From the NCBI RefSeq assembly GCF_006345805.1, contig NC_043006.1, forward strand, positions 74,090,001-74,154,000: a stretch of 64,000 nt of DNA, read 5' to 3'. A program made the position numbers and the translations under genes. Of the stretch, positions 26,086 through 40,252 are shown piece after piece; position 1 is the stretch's first letter, and each line of letters starts with the position of its first letter. The stretch comes from Octopus sinensis. Taxonomy: Eukaryota. The notes beneath the pieces are model-generated. The model saw only the letters and a list, made by a program, of their open reading frames with translations. It made no database searches and was not told the DNA's origin.

Positions 26086-28504
26086 CAAAGAACACCGTAC
26101 ACGTTTGATAAAGAAGTCCTAACATTCCATAGAGTAAGGATGGCCATGTTTGGAACGTCGTATGATCCTGCTTAATAAGGAATGACCTGGCCAAAATAAC
26201 AATGTTAAATGATCTGAAGAGTTTATTGCCAACATTAAGCAAATGAAGTTATTTATCGAGATTATTACTAAGAATAAAGGCGACGAGCTGGTAGAATCGT
26301 TACCGAGCCAGATAAGGCGCGTTACAGTAATCCTTCCCACACTTTATTCTCAGTTCAAATACGATCGAGGTTTACTTTTTCCTTTCATGCTTGCAGGTCA
26401 ATAATATACGTTCTCTCTAAATACTGGAGTTGATGTGATCGACTTCCTCATATAATTGGTAGCCTTGTACCAATATTCTAAAGTATATTATTGCTTGGAA
26501 TGTGATTGAAGTATTTATGGCATACCACAACTTGAAAAACATGTAGATTTACGTAGATTTACAAAACTGGTTGGATTTTAAATATTTGGGCAATAGATTT
26601 CTTCTTTTGTGAAAAAAAAATCGAGATTAAACTAAATGTTCTGGAATTTCTGCGATTTAAAGATCCCTGAAAAAAAAATCTGTTGTGAAATGCAATTCGG
26701 GTTTTCAAAAAAAAAAAAAAAAATGGATATATCTCCGGGTTTATGAAGTCCGAATTAAAAAATTTTGTTTGTAAATTCTCAGAGAAACATATCAGACATG
26801 ACACTTTTCACAATTTTTTTCAATCTATAAGCAAACCGGCGATTAATTTATGCGGATTTGACAGCAGGTTGTTGAAAATATAGTCTTCAGCAAACATTTC
26901 ATCTTCAAATGGAAAATGATCAAACTAACCAAGTTCATCTAATAGATACAAAGCAATTAACTACCAGAACTTCGCTGATTAAAATTAGTGTGCTGGTTAT
27001 ACTTGTGTTACTGCTGTAACCTTTAGAAAAACAACCAGTTTTAATTAATATGCAAATTCAGTAATTATATATCCAAATCTCATGATGCAAATTATGGCTC
27101 GATTATTATTCAAATTTTCAACTAGGTTTAGAAAACCGATAAACTTGTTATATGTTTTACCATGCCTGAATACAAATGATAATGACGATATTCTGTAGTT
27201 GTACGAGAAAGACGGTTCTGCAATTTCTTGCTTAACAACCAACACACATGATTCGTTTATATTGACCAAACGTACATGCTGTACATTTGCTTGCTTTCTC
27301 CATTATATCGACTTTACGTGAACGGACGCACGGTAAGTCACACATCTGGTGTAGAAGTGACCGTAGAGCAGCATGAGATGCAGAATTTTGCTCAACACAA
27401 CGCACCACTCGGTCCAGGAACTGAAACCACAATTGCGGAATCGTGAGTTCAACACACCCTAACCACCAGGCCACAATAATATCTCTTTGATACAATAATA
27501 TTGCTGTGTCTGTCAATAGTAACCCTCTCTTACAAATAAATATACTTAGATAATGTTCTAGATATCTCCACCCGAGCATTGCTTTGTCCGTTTTTGTCGC
27601 TCTAATGAAAATCTCACTACATCAATAGAAATCCTGTTCATGGCAGATTCAAAATAGATGTTCGTTATTACATTTTATCGATAAAATGACGCGAGCTTTA
27701 TAAGCAAATATACCTGATGGTTCACATGACTGCATTTCTGTTGAATGTAGTTATGTTTGAATGCTGGGAATGTGACAACAGCATAACAATCAAAGCTATT
27801 ACCTGTGCAAATGGCTTACTGATCCGTGTTGAGTATTTAGGAAAATTCCATTTTAAAATGGGAGATTTTTTTTTTCTGTTTTGTAGGAACCGTTCTCAAT
27901 ATGAAAAATTATGTTTTATTCCCTATGTTAAATTAATTTTTTCAATCTCATTCTGCTACATAAAGATGGCTACAGAAATACACACTATAGTAAGATTCAT
28001 ATATATCTGGTCACAAATCATGTTTTTTCAAATACATGTTTGAATTTTGTCACACATGTTCGCAAAGTGTTTGTGTGTGTGTATTGTGTGTCAGGTTTGG
28101 CGCGTGTAGATATACGCTGGGGAATAGAAGTATCCCTTACCAAATTTGAAGAAACCTGACATCCACAGCAATAAAATTAATATAGAATATATTCGTGAGT
28201 TTTGAAGTGCAAAAATTATGAACCTCCAAAGGCCGAGTTTACAATATAGTTTTGAGTTCCGTTTGAAGCTACATCCGTTGGTCTATGATACTGACGCTTC
28301 TTTTTCCGGGATAGTGCTGTGGGGAGAGATATCATGAATGTTACAACTTTTCATTGTTGTGGGCCCTATTTTAAAGTGTTCAGTCTATATATATCGATCC
28401 TAGTATTAATTTCGGCCAGCTAATTTTAGTTACATAATCACTCAGTTACTATTTCTTTTACATAGAACAATGCAAGTTTAAATTCATATACAAATACACT
28501 ACAC

Positions 28505-28965
28505 ATATCTATCTATCTATCTATCTATTTGTCTGTCTGTCTGTCTGTCTTTCTGTCTGTCTGTCTGCCTGCCCGCCTGCCTGCCTGCCTGCCTGCCTGT
28601 CTGTCTGTTTCTCTATCTGTCTGTCTCTTTCTCTATCTGTCTGTCTCTTTCTCTATCTATCTGTCTGTCCCTTTCTCTATCTGTCTGTCTCTTTCTCTCC
28701 CTCTCTATCTGTCTGTCTCTTTCTCTCCCTCTCTATCTGTCTGTCTCTTTCTCTCCCTCTTTATCTGTCTGTCTCTTTCTCTCTCTCTATCTATTTGTCT
28801 CTCTCTTTCTCTCTCTCTATTTGTCTGTCTCTTTCTCTCTCTCTATCTATTTGTCTCTCTCTTTCTCTCTCTCTATTTGTCTGTCTCTTTCTCTCTCTCT
28901 CTCTATCTATCTATTTGTCTGTCTGTCTATCTCTTTCTCTCTCTCTCTCTCTCTATCTATCTATG
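28505..28965. repeat. (TCTA)/(TCTG)/(TC) compound minisatellite
   Basis: Recurring ~22-26-bp unit like ctgtctctttctctctctctat. Confidence 0.9.
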
Positions 28966-30017
28966 TGCGTATATATGTTTACACGCGACGGGCTTCTGCA
29001 TAGTTTCTGTCCACTAAGTTTTACTGTTAAAGTAATCGTCGAGCAAAGGCACCGATCGAAAACACTTCTGAAAGTGATACGCAGTGGGATCAAGAAGGAA
29101 AGAAACGTGGTTGCGTTGTGAAATTCATCACATAACCATGCTTATACAATATCACTTTAATGGAATAGAGAATTAATAAAGTAGATGTTGTCATTTGCAG
29201 ATTTGCTATCGAAATGTCTATCTTAATTACTGAAATTGTGATAATGGCTAATATGTCGCTTTTAACACCTCTAACGTGAGAGATTATAATATTCTCCTGC
29301 GAGGTTATATCAGCATTGATAAATCTAACATTGTTTATTGACCTAATGTCAAAAGATCAGTACCTGGTATTAACTGGTGACCTCTATAGCACATTTCTAT
29401 TTCTAAACATGATTATTCAGTTTTGGAAACCATGTTATTGCTTATTCTTTCCATAAAACACTGGCAGCCACGAATTGTTTGGAGATTACATTTTACACAG
29501 ATTATTTGGAGATTTTTTATGTATAATTTTTATAATTATAATAATTTTTTTTAGATGCAGAATTACATTGTTATTCTTCGAGGATATATTCAATTAGATA
29601 TGCACATTTTCGTTTTTAGTTGTTCCCACTATTATTGTTGCTTGAGGGATAAACATGATTTCTCTTTACAATTATCTTTACAATTTGGTACTACAAAATA
29701 ATAAAAATAAGAGAGACACAGAAGTAGAAATTAATCTAAGTTGATACAACTTGGCTTGATAAGATTAGCTGACAGTCGAAGACATGCCCAGTGGTGTATA
29801 GTTTCAGTACCCTATGCTTTCATTTCGATTCCAGCCGAAGTCGATCGAATTTTTCTTATCATTGCTTAGTTGCTATTTACTAACGGGCGATAAAATCGGC
29901 TAACCCCACTTCCATAACGTATGTCCTTGTGCCATTGTCGAATATCAACATTAATTTGATAAAAAGTGAAGTACCAAAAGGAAAGCACACGCCATAAATT
30001 CCTGATAATGTGGTTTC

Positions 30018-30315
30018 AGTGTGGAGGCGCAATAGCCCAGTGGTTAGGGTAGCAGACTCGCGGTTTCGATTCCCAGACCAGGCGTTGTATGTGTTTATTG
30101 AGCAAAAACATCTAAAAGCTCCACGAGGTTCCGGCAAGGGGTAGGTGACCCCTGTTGTACTCTTTCACCTCAACTTTCGCTCACTCTCTCTTCATGCTTC
30201 TTGAGTAACGCTGCGATGGACTGGCGTCCCATCCAGTGGGGGGAACACATACGCTACAGAAACCGGGAAACCGGGCCCATGAGCCTGGCTAGGCTTGAAA
30301 AAGGCGCATAAATAA
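30018..30315 (+). mobile_element. SINE group B (same tail as 3602)
   Basis: gtggaggcgcaatagcccagtggttagg head; same tail. Confidence 0.85.
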
Positions 30316-30624
30316 AAAAACAATGTGGTTTTAATAACTGTTTCAGTTCACTTCACTTACAGTGGTTAAACCGAATGAAAAGGCATGACTGTCACAAATT
30401 TCCAGTTCCTAAATAACAATAAAATTCAATGCGTTTGGAGACCAATTGCCACAATCTTCACATTTCCAGTAAGACATTCACCATGTTAAATCAAATAATT
30501 GATTCATTGGTTTTTTTAGGAGCAAGTGAGATGATGGGGTTTTCCTGCTTTACCCATTATTATCTGAGTAATGTGGGTGGACTTGAGCGGAACCGGTTTA
30601 GAATAAGTACAGAATTTTCGTCTT

Positions 30625-30800
30625 CCGCTACGTTCTGAGTTCAAATTCCGCCGAGGTCGCCTTTGCCTTTCATCCTTTCGGGGGTCGTCTAAATAAGTAC
30701 CAGTTACGCACTGGGGTCGATGTAATCGGCTTAATCCGTGTGTCTGTCCTTGTTTGTCCCCTCTGTGTTTACCCCCTTGTGGGTAGTAAAGAAATAGGTA
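30625..30800 (+). mobile_element. SINE group A, 5'-truncated, tail 2
   Basis: Core plus tail ending gggtagtaaagaaatagg. Confidence 0.85.
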
Positions 30801-31404
30801 TAGAATAAGTACAGAATCGCAAACTTCCCTCGTTTGAAACTTATCTTTTCTAAATCTAGGATATGGCGCCGGGAAGTCTGCTTACGAATCAAGTTTAATA
30901 TCTCCTGAAGTGTAATGCTTAATAAATAGGACGTAAACTGATATTAATGAAGCTCTAACTAATGGCTGCATTTCGCACCAATTAGAAATTAAAAACATTG
31001 GCCGAGGCAGACATACAATCTGAAAGCAATAAATTATTGCTTCTCTTTTTAAAATGTCCACTAGGTTATCAAAAATAACGAACGGTAAGTTTTCGCTTTT
31101 ACGGTTAATTATCAAATTTATGAGACAAGTTTCCACTACGAAGTCATTGAACAAGCAAACGGAGCAATAAAATATGCGTTTTTAGCTGAAAAAAAAAATA
31201 AATAAATAAACGAATTTACTTATGTTGTCATGGCTGCGTAGTTAAGAAGTTCGTTTTCAAACCACGTAATCTCGGATCCCGCCCCTGATACGAACTCTTA
31301 GGCAAGTATCATCTACTATATTCTTGTACTTATGAGTGAATATGGCTGATGGAAACTGGGTTGAAACCCGCCATCTATGTTTGTGTGTGTGTTCGCGTAT
31401 GTGT

Positions 31405-31530
31405 GAAGTAGCTAGCATGTAAAAGCCAATTAGGTAAATAATACAAAGTATATAATTTTATAAACACAATTATAATAAAGGCAACTACTGAGTAGCTCCA
31501 CATGCTAGAAGACGGCGCCAAATGCCACTA
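31405..31530 (+). repeat. ~125-bp dispersed repeat (copy 2)
   Basis: Homologous to 16879-17002; ends acatgc-TAGAAGA-c-ggc-gccaaat-gcc. Confidence 0.5.
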
Positions 31531-32058
31531 AAATTACCTTATTCATCACATAGACATGGACTTCAAATTTATAAACTTAAAAACTTTGCAATAATTCTTA
31601 CCTAAATGGTTTTTACTTACTAGCTACTTGATAAAATCCTATATAGATTTTGCCTTTGATTATAATAAATATGAATTCACTTCAATCAATTTATTCGCTG
31701 TTGAATTATTTTGCTTACACACACGTGATTGAGATGAAGGAAGTAGATTTAAATTGTATATAAATGTGAACATTTCTATATGCACTGTGGATAAATTGTG
31801 TTGGTATAGTATATATATAAATGTTTATAATTATGTACTTTGAGTTATTTCATACTGAAGACGGTAAAGAACATTACATCCCTAAACCAGAAATCGATCT
31901 ATGGCTAAACCTTAAAAATAAATCTTTTTTAGTCACTCCCTCGCTTTCGGCCCGTATCTATATGATAATTAAGCTAGTTTTAGAGCCATTGGCGTCTTCT
32001 AGCATGTTGCGCTACTTCGTAGCTGCCCTTATAAGTAGTGTATATATATATATATATA

Positions 32059-32105
<47 letters not shown>

Positions 32106-32110
<5 letters not shown>

Positions 32111-32315
32111 TAATTCGAGACAAAACCACTATTTTGCAAAACAAACAAGGAAAGACTTAATCAATTTTTATGTATTGATTAAGTCTTTCCTTGTTTGTTT
32201 TGCAAAATAGTGGTTTTGTCTCGAATTAATATTATATAATATTTTACCATAAAATTGGATTTAATCCTAAATCTGATTTTTTCCCTGTAAATTTGGATTT
32301 ATTCCCTAATATTTA
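32106..32315 (+). mobile_element. 5'-truncated copy of the 55925 family with a 60-bp inverted duplication
   Basis: 32166-32315 matches the reverse complement of about 55925-56073; 32106-32165 is a perfect inverted copy of 32174-32233. Confidence 0.7.
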
Positions 32316-32328
32316 TTATTATTATTAT

Positions 32329-32377
<49 letters not shown>

Positions 32378-32673
32378 CAGTAATATATTCACCTTCAAAA
32401 AGATGCTGCCCTGGGCATAATGTTGGGTAAGGTAATATTTTAGTATAATTATTGTGATCACCATATCTTTGTGAAGAATAATATGTCTTGGATAAAGATT
32501 AGAATACTTCGTTTTTGCATTTGCTTTGCAAGATTCTTGATGTAAAAGTCTGCGTTGAAACAAAATTTAATGCATCACGGGAAGATCATCGAACTAATTC
32601 TAAATCACTTTTTTTATTATTCGTGAATTTGATATCTAATCCATTTTTTCCTTTAAATTAATCATTCTCTTAC

Positions 32674-32767
32674 ATAGAAGTCCTTTCGTTAATACTGGAA
32701 CCTCTTCAATAGGGTACCCCCTCTGCATCATCTTCAGTACTTTCTCGTTTGAAGCATGATCATTCTC
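32674..32767 (-). CDS. Candidate internal exon of an unidentified gene
   Basis: Acceptor ttttcttttctattgtaactcag|G and donor T|gtaaga; only one open frame, ENDHASNEKVLKMMQRGYPIEEVPVLTKGLL. Confidence 0.35.
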
Positions 32768-32970
32768 CTGAGTTACAATAGAAAAGAAAATCCATGGTTA
32801 TCACTTACTCTTTCTTCACACCGATTTAAATTCTAGATAGTAAATATTCTGACAACATTAATTAATTCATTTGATATTAATTTATATATTGAGAATTTGT
32901 TAATTTTAACAATCTGAAATATTATGACAAGTAATTCAATTATCAATAAATCTTTGTTTACGTTGTTTTA

Positions 32971-33468
32971 CCGTCAATCCTCGAGTATAGTCCGCCCTTG
33001 AGTATAATACGCAAGGGATTTTTAGGGGGCTGTACCTCTGAAAAACCTAAACCATGTGTATAATACGCACCTCTTCTCTAATTTGAGTCAAGGAGGTCTA
33101 TATAACATCCTTGGATTGTAAAAATGTATACGGAACGTACTTTATTATTATTGTATATATAAAGTAATGCAAACGTGTAGCTTTTTTGTGCATTTTATTT
33201 ACAGAAAATAAAGAAATAACAGTAATAACGTTTAATAAATTTTGCTTACTGCCAGTTAGGGATGATTCTTTTATGACTTCTTAGCTTAATGTATTTTCGC
33301 GCCCGACATCACAAAATAGGACTGAATAAACATTGCTGGACAGCAAATATAGACTCGGACATTGCTTAGAAAATAATTTTCATTTTTAACCTCGTATATA
33401 GTACGCAATAGGGATTTTGACCTTTAAATTTTGTGGAAAAAATGCGGATTATACTCGAGGATTTAGGG
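32971..33468. mobile_element. Tc1/mariner-superfamily (Tc2/pogo-like) MITE
   Basis: TIRs ccgtcaatcctcgagtatagtccgc / gcggattatactcgaggatttaggg; TA on both sides. Confidence 0.75.
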
Positions 33469-34145
33469 TATATATTTTTTGTCTATTTTTTTAAAGAAAA
33501 TATATAAATGTCGGGGTAAATTCAGCATTTTCTTCTACTAAAATGTGTTTTTAGAAATTTGTCTTTTGGCCAATATACATTCCACAATATATTTTCGACA
33601 TATACATTGATTATTAACGAGGGAAGCAGTATTAATAGTTAATGGTAATCTTTATATCCCATTTAACATGGATGTCTTCTTATAGAACCGAATACTACAA
33701 TGTCGCAAATCACCTGCAGGCTTATTAAAAATAAGATATGAACATTAGCTTATGGTATTGATACTGCTTCTAAATAAGATATAACAATTACAGATTGGTA
33801 TTCATACTTCTTCTATCGCTGATAATTAATTTTTATAAGCCTACTGGCTATTTGCGAAATTAGTGTCTAAAAAGATGTTGGTATTTTATATATCGTAGCT
33901 GCGAAATTTGACTGTCATGCAGTGACCGGTCGCCTCCCACTGATCATTTAAAAACAAAAATGAAATCACGTGATATAGGTGCTCCACCGCCTATAACAGA
34001 CGATTTTCGTTTGCTGCAATATATGCGTGTGCTTTTATGCACCGAGCGCCTATGTTACAGGATCGCTCAAGGCTAATAACCCAGAATTCGGTGATCTAAC
34101 AAGACATCCATATTAAGTTGAATATAGAGATATACATATATATAT

Positions 34146-34191
<46 letters not shown>

Positions 34192-34694
34192 ATTATATAT
34201 GGTGTGTGTGTGTGTGTGTGTGTGTGTTGTGTGTGTGTGTGTGTGTGGGTGTGTATGTGTGTTTACGTATATGAATATAAATATGGATATACACGAAGAG
34301 AGAGAGAGCAATAATATTAATGACGTTTATTACCGCCTTTCCAGAAAAGAATATCTCATTAAAAATGTTTTATTTAAGAAGTTATCTCACACCATTGTTA
34401 ACGAAGCTTTCTTTGTATTCTTTGCAAAAGGCATAACGAAAGAAATAGTTGGAGTAAATATCAATAAAAATACTTACTGCATATGTCATGGAATATAAAG
34501 GAAAATAAGAAATCCAAATTGGTGATAAAATTTCTGTTCTTTAGCAAGATAGAAGCCATTGTCGTTTCATATTCAAAGAAACTTGTTAAGACTAAATTGC
34601 ATGATTCACAGAGTTTGATAAAACGAGAAATGCCAAATTGTTAATTAAAGAATAGATACTTAGTACAATACAGAATTTTATTAATTCAAGAAAG

Positions 34695-34715
34695 GATATA
34701 TATATATATATATAT

Positions 34716-34759
<44 letters not shown>

Positions 34760-34939
34760 ATATATATGTATATATATATATATATATATGGTGTGTGTGT
34801 GTGTATATATATGTATATATATATATATATATATGGTGTGTGTGTGTGTGTATATATATATGTATAATATATATGTGTGTGTGTGTGTGTGTATATATAT
34901 ATGTATATATATATGTTGTGTGTGTGGTATATATATATG

Positions 34940-34974
<35 letters not shown>

Positions 34975-35018
34975 TGTATATATATGTATATATATATAAT
35001 ATGTGTGTGTGTGTGGTG

Positions 35019-35053
<35 letters not shown>

Positions 35054-35212
35054 GTGTGTGTGTTGTATATATATATAATATATATATATGTGTTGTGTGT
35101 GTATATATATATGTATATATATATTATGTGTGTGTGTGTGTATATATATGTATATATATATAATATGTGTGTGTGTGTATATATAATAGTATATATATAT
35201 ATGTGTGTGGTG

Positions 35213-35245
<33 letters not shown>

Positions 35246-35400
35246 TGTGTATATATATATGTATATATATATATGTGTGTGTGTATATATATATGTATAT
35301 ATATATATATGTGTGGTGTATATATATATGTATATATATATATATATAGTGTGTGTGTGTGTAAATATATAGTATATATATATATATATATGTATATATA
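34695..35400. repeat. ~700-bp compound (TA)n(TG)m higher-order repeat
   Basis: Alternating TA and TG blocks with an irregular period. Confidence 0.95.
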
Positions 35401-35410
35401 AATTATATTA

Positions 35411-35657
35411 AGGGTGCTGATTGATTTCAACACCAGTTCGCTAGAAATGGACCCAAGATGACCCATGAATCACTTAGATTATTTCCCTATTACACAAGGT
35501 TGAGAGCGAGGAAAACAGACAGCGTGGATCATTTTATAAACCCTCGCTGTCTGTTTCCTCGCTTACAGCCTTGTATAGTGGAGTGATATTCAAAGTGATT
35601 CATGGACCATCTGGGGTCTATTTCTAGCAGACTGGTGTTGAAATCATTCGGCACCCT
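35411..35657. mobile_element. Fully palindromic 247-bp MITE
   Basis: Ends agggtgc/gcaccct with TA (tatta) on both sides; the arms pair almost to the centre. Confidence 0.75.
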
Positions 35658-35969
35658 TATTATAATTTTAATATAAATTAACCAGTATGGTAATTTTAGA
35701 TTGCTGGCCACTGATAAATCATTAAATGATGATTTTATCCTAATTATACATATAGTTGATCACGGCGGAATGTGAAGAGGGACGAAATGCCGCGAAGCAT
35801 TTCGACCACAGTGTTAACGATTCTGCCAGCGCACCGCCTTTTTTTAAATTCATTTAATAATAGTATATATGATGAATTTGACTCGATAGCTTGGAGCATT
35901 TTGAAACAAATGATATCGTGTTGGAGTAATTTTAAAATAGCTGATAGAAATCACGATTCACAAAACGAC

Positions 35970-36012
<43 letters not shown>

Positions 36013-37389
36013 TAGTAGACACTTGCTCAAAGTCTTTCACAGTGTCGGCATAAACTCGAAACAATGTCATTCGTAACCAAGCTTCTTACAAGACAGTCAC
36101 TCCTGTACACACACACACGGATTCACACACACACACATAATACATATACACACATTATACAGAAAGACTACAAGCGAATGGTAAAAGTATGTATGACTTT
36201 TCTTACCTTCAATAATATAACATTGTTAATCACATTGCTACAATGGAGATTTGTTAAAAACCAGATCTTTTCTTACTAGAAGACTTCAAATAATTAAGAG
36301 AAGCTCCCCATATTAAAGAGGCACCTCAGAGCCATTTTTTAATATACTATATTATTTCATCAACACCCTTTCTCTTGCCCTAATCTTTACCGAAAATATT
36401 TTCTACAACAGCACTATGAATTGTAGATTTTGATTTCTATAAGGCTTTTGGTAGTAGTATAGTAGTAGTAGTAGTAGTAGTATGGAGGCATGTGCTGTAA
36501 CAGAGCGTCGCTGCAGCCACCATTTGACGAATGACAGCTTTGCAGCGTTCAGGCGATTGCGTGGGTACGTCCCCGTAACATAGCGGTTTGGTAAAGAGAG
36601 GACGATAGAATAAGTAACAGGCTTTTAAAAACATGTAAATGTGATTGATGATTCGTTCGACCAAAATTCTTCAAGGCGCTGCCGCAGGCGAATGACTGAA
36701 ACAAGGAATATTGACACAATTATAAAAGTAAATATAATAATAAATGTAATAATAAATATGATATAAATTTCTTATTTAAATTGTTGAATAACGCCCAGCA
36801 AACATTAGCATATATATCTTTCTTGGAGTGGCTGTTTATAGAGGAAATAAAGAACATTTAAAGAAATTGATTTCGTTAATTTGAGAGGTTAAAATACATT
36901 TAGAAAAGTCATGTTTACATGATCGCTATAGTTGTGAAAAATCGTGCAGTATTTGTCACTTCATAGGAAAAAAGATCATGAACAATTCTGTATTGTAAGC
37001 TGGTATAATAGAAATATTAAATGTATGAGGCATGCGTGCATGTATATGTTTATGTACGTATGTATGCATGTTTATTTATGTATGTATATTTCATACATAT
37101 GTATACGTATATAGTAAGCGTATGTATAATATGCATATATGATACAGTACATTTATGTATATATATATATATATATGGATATATATAATATATGGATATA
37201 TATATATTATATATATATATATAATATATGGATATGATATATTTATTATATATATATATATACATGTATGGATATTATATACATGGGTATATGTATTAAG
37301 TATAGACATTATATATGTATATTTGTTGTATATTAAATATATGTCTGTATTTATATATGTGTATGCCATTAATTCATACATTAACGATT

Positions 37390-37435
<46 letters not shown>

Positions 37436-37462
37436 TCTCTCACACACACACAAACACACCCC

Positions 37463-37510
<48 letters not shown>

Positions 37511-37698
37511 TATATATATATATAATATATATGAGAGAGAGAGGGGCACACAAACACGTATTCAGAAGAGCAAAAGTTCATAAGAAAATTGTGACAAGTA
37601 ACAGCTTAAAGTGATGTGTAGCTATTCTACATCGGAATATATGACTGACTGACTGTATTTCTATCAATAAATAGCTAGTTTTCTATACAAAGTATCAT

Positions 37699-37851
37699 TT
37701 ACAACGCTATCATTTCCTCTGTATATATTGGTAGCTTATGACAACTAGACATTCTAAAACATTGTTCATAGTTTGAAAAATACATCAATACACACTTTCC
37801 ATTATCGTCCTTATCATTAATATCAGCTCCTCTATCAATTCTGTCAGTCAT
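37699..37851 (-). pseudogene. Ankyrin-repeat-like remnant
   Basis: IDRGADINDKDDNGKCVLMY resembles the ankyrin consensus L..GAD.N..D..G.T.L..A; NNVLECLV follows in a shifted frame. Confidence 0.35.
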
Positions 37852-38335
37852 CTTTTCTGTTCGTTTTTAATTCCTGTTGAATATACTTATATTCTACATT
37901 CAGTTGACATATCGTGGCAATGCTGATTAATAGTAAGAGATTCTTCTTGATAAATACAATCACGCGGAATCTTGCATTTCCATTGACTTTGTCAGAAACT
38001 ACGTAGTTACCTTGAGAACTTTATGAACTTTATATTTCTACCTTTTGTGGGGGCTAATTATATAGAATTATATAGAATTACTCGTTGACATTTCAGTGAC
38101 TTCTTTTCTTAAATTGTGTCTTTATAACTGTCTTTGATATAGAATTCTTTTCTGTCTGTTTCTCAATGGATGCATCGGATTTTGCTTATCCCAGTTCTTT
38201 TCTTGTTTCTCTTCAAATTCTTTATGATCATGTATTGTCAAATACACGTATAAAATTGAAACAGGTTGAAGTTTTAAATGTCTCCCAAGAAACGTTTTTC
38301 AGTCAGCTCCATTTCCCTAAAATCTATCTGGCAAA

Positions 38336-38485
38336 GGCGCATGCGTGGTTGTATTTTAAGCTTGCTCCCCAATCACATGGTTCCGGGTTCAGTCCCACTG
38401 TGAACACCTTGCGTCAGTGTCTTCTACTATAGCTTCGGGCCGGCCAAAGCCTTGTAAGTTGATTTGGGAGACAGAAACTGAAAGA

Positions 38486-38558
<73 letters not shown>

Positions 38559-38732
38559 GGTGTTTGTGTCCTCGTAACTTAACAATTAGGCAAAAGTGAA
38601 GGATAGAATAAGGACTAGTCTTACAAATAAGAAGTCCTAGGGTCAATTCCATCGACCAAAATCCTTTAAGGCTGTGCTCCAGAATGGTTGCAGTCAAATG
38701 ATTAAAACGTGGAAAAGAAGGTAAAAGTAAAA
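38336..38732 (+). mobile_element. SINE group C (internal (TA)n(TG)n tract)
   Basis: tRNA-like head ggttccgggttcagtcccactg; central microsatellite; 3' cagtcaaatgattaaaac..taaaag. Confidence 0.8.
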
Positions 38733-40079
38733 GTGTTGATGCTTTTTACTGACATTTTGGCCAGGGGCAGATCAGACCCAGCTCATGTACACATAGAATC
38801 CTTATTTCTAGTCCTAAAACCCGTTCGTTATTGAATATGTTCGTCCTGATTTTATCACAGTAGGCTGTGATTAAACGCAGAATTAAGTTTTTGCTTGCAT
38901 CAATTACAACAGGGTATCCTGTTAAGGTATCATAAAATATGGAAACAATTTCTCGTTCCTAGTATGCTACGGAAATGTCCAAAGAATTAAAATAGTATAC
39001 GATGAACAAAATCGTAACTATAGGTATAAATATACGTTATTATTTCATTCATTTTGTGGCAAAAATAATTCAGTTAACAGTATGAGCTGAATGCGGAGAT
39101 AAATTTCTCAATCAACGGGTACCCTGAAATCAAGGATGGGGTCGTGAATAGAGGAACAAAAGAATGCATTAGCTCTTTGTTATACTAAACTGGAATACAA
39201 TAGCATACTAAAACAGAATGCAATTACATAAACTGAAGTCTTTGGCTATATATCATAGAGAGGAAACTCTGTCAAAGACAGGAAACATTAATTACCTCAA
39301 TAATTATTATGCAGAAATGCAAATTACACTTACATTAATGTCTTCCAGTGGACCCCGATAATGATATGAATGAAAATTGCATTTCCCATTAACATTTGAT
39401 TACAGTTTTCTGTTTGGTGTTATAAAAATAATTTAAATATTATTTTTTTTTTGTTTTCTTCAACCTGTTACGACGCTTCGCCGCCGAAACATTAGCTTCT
39501 AATTTTACAACTCAAATAACAAGTGCACCTAATTTAACTGTCACTAGAATAATGGTGTGGGATGACACTTCAATTTGATTTTGTTTGTAATTAAAATTTG
39601 GCTGAAAATAGTTGAAATTACAGTTTTTACCTCGACATTCTTCTTTCTAAGCATTAATTAATATTTAAAAATACTTTGAGTTTTCCTTATATAACCAAAA
39701 TCAACTGGGAAACGAAATGGCAAATCCGGAAGAATTTCTTTGGAATTAAAAAAAAAAACAGTTGCTTTGGTGAGGAACAAAATGTTTGTTTTTTTGGTGG
39801 GGGGTATGTGAGTTCGACTGAATACAGGGTTCAATACTGCTCTCCAAAGAGAAAATATGGATGGAAGAAGTGGAATAGAGCTGGACCTATGTCAGTGACC
39901 AGATCGCATTCGGTGCGACGAAAATTTTAACACCTAATAATTAACATTTAACTAGAGTTAACAGATTTTGTGTGTCTTGGAACGGCCAATATGTGGCTAC
40001 CACGCTATGATTATTCTATATTTAACAGTCTCATATCAAATCACTTGCCAGGCAAATACATCTCCGACTGTGCAGTTAG

Positions 40080-40211
40080 AAGCTCGCTCCAGGTTTATTA
40101 CCACTGAGTGGTACCTTGGGCAAATGTCTTCGATTACAGCATCGGGCCGACCAAATGTCTGTGATTGGATTTAGCAGGGCGAAAAGAAGTCTGTGTTATA
40201 TATACATACAC

Positions 40212-40252
<41 letters not shown>

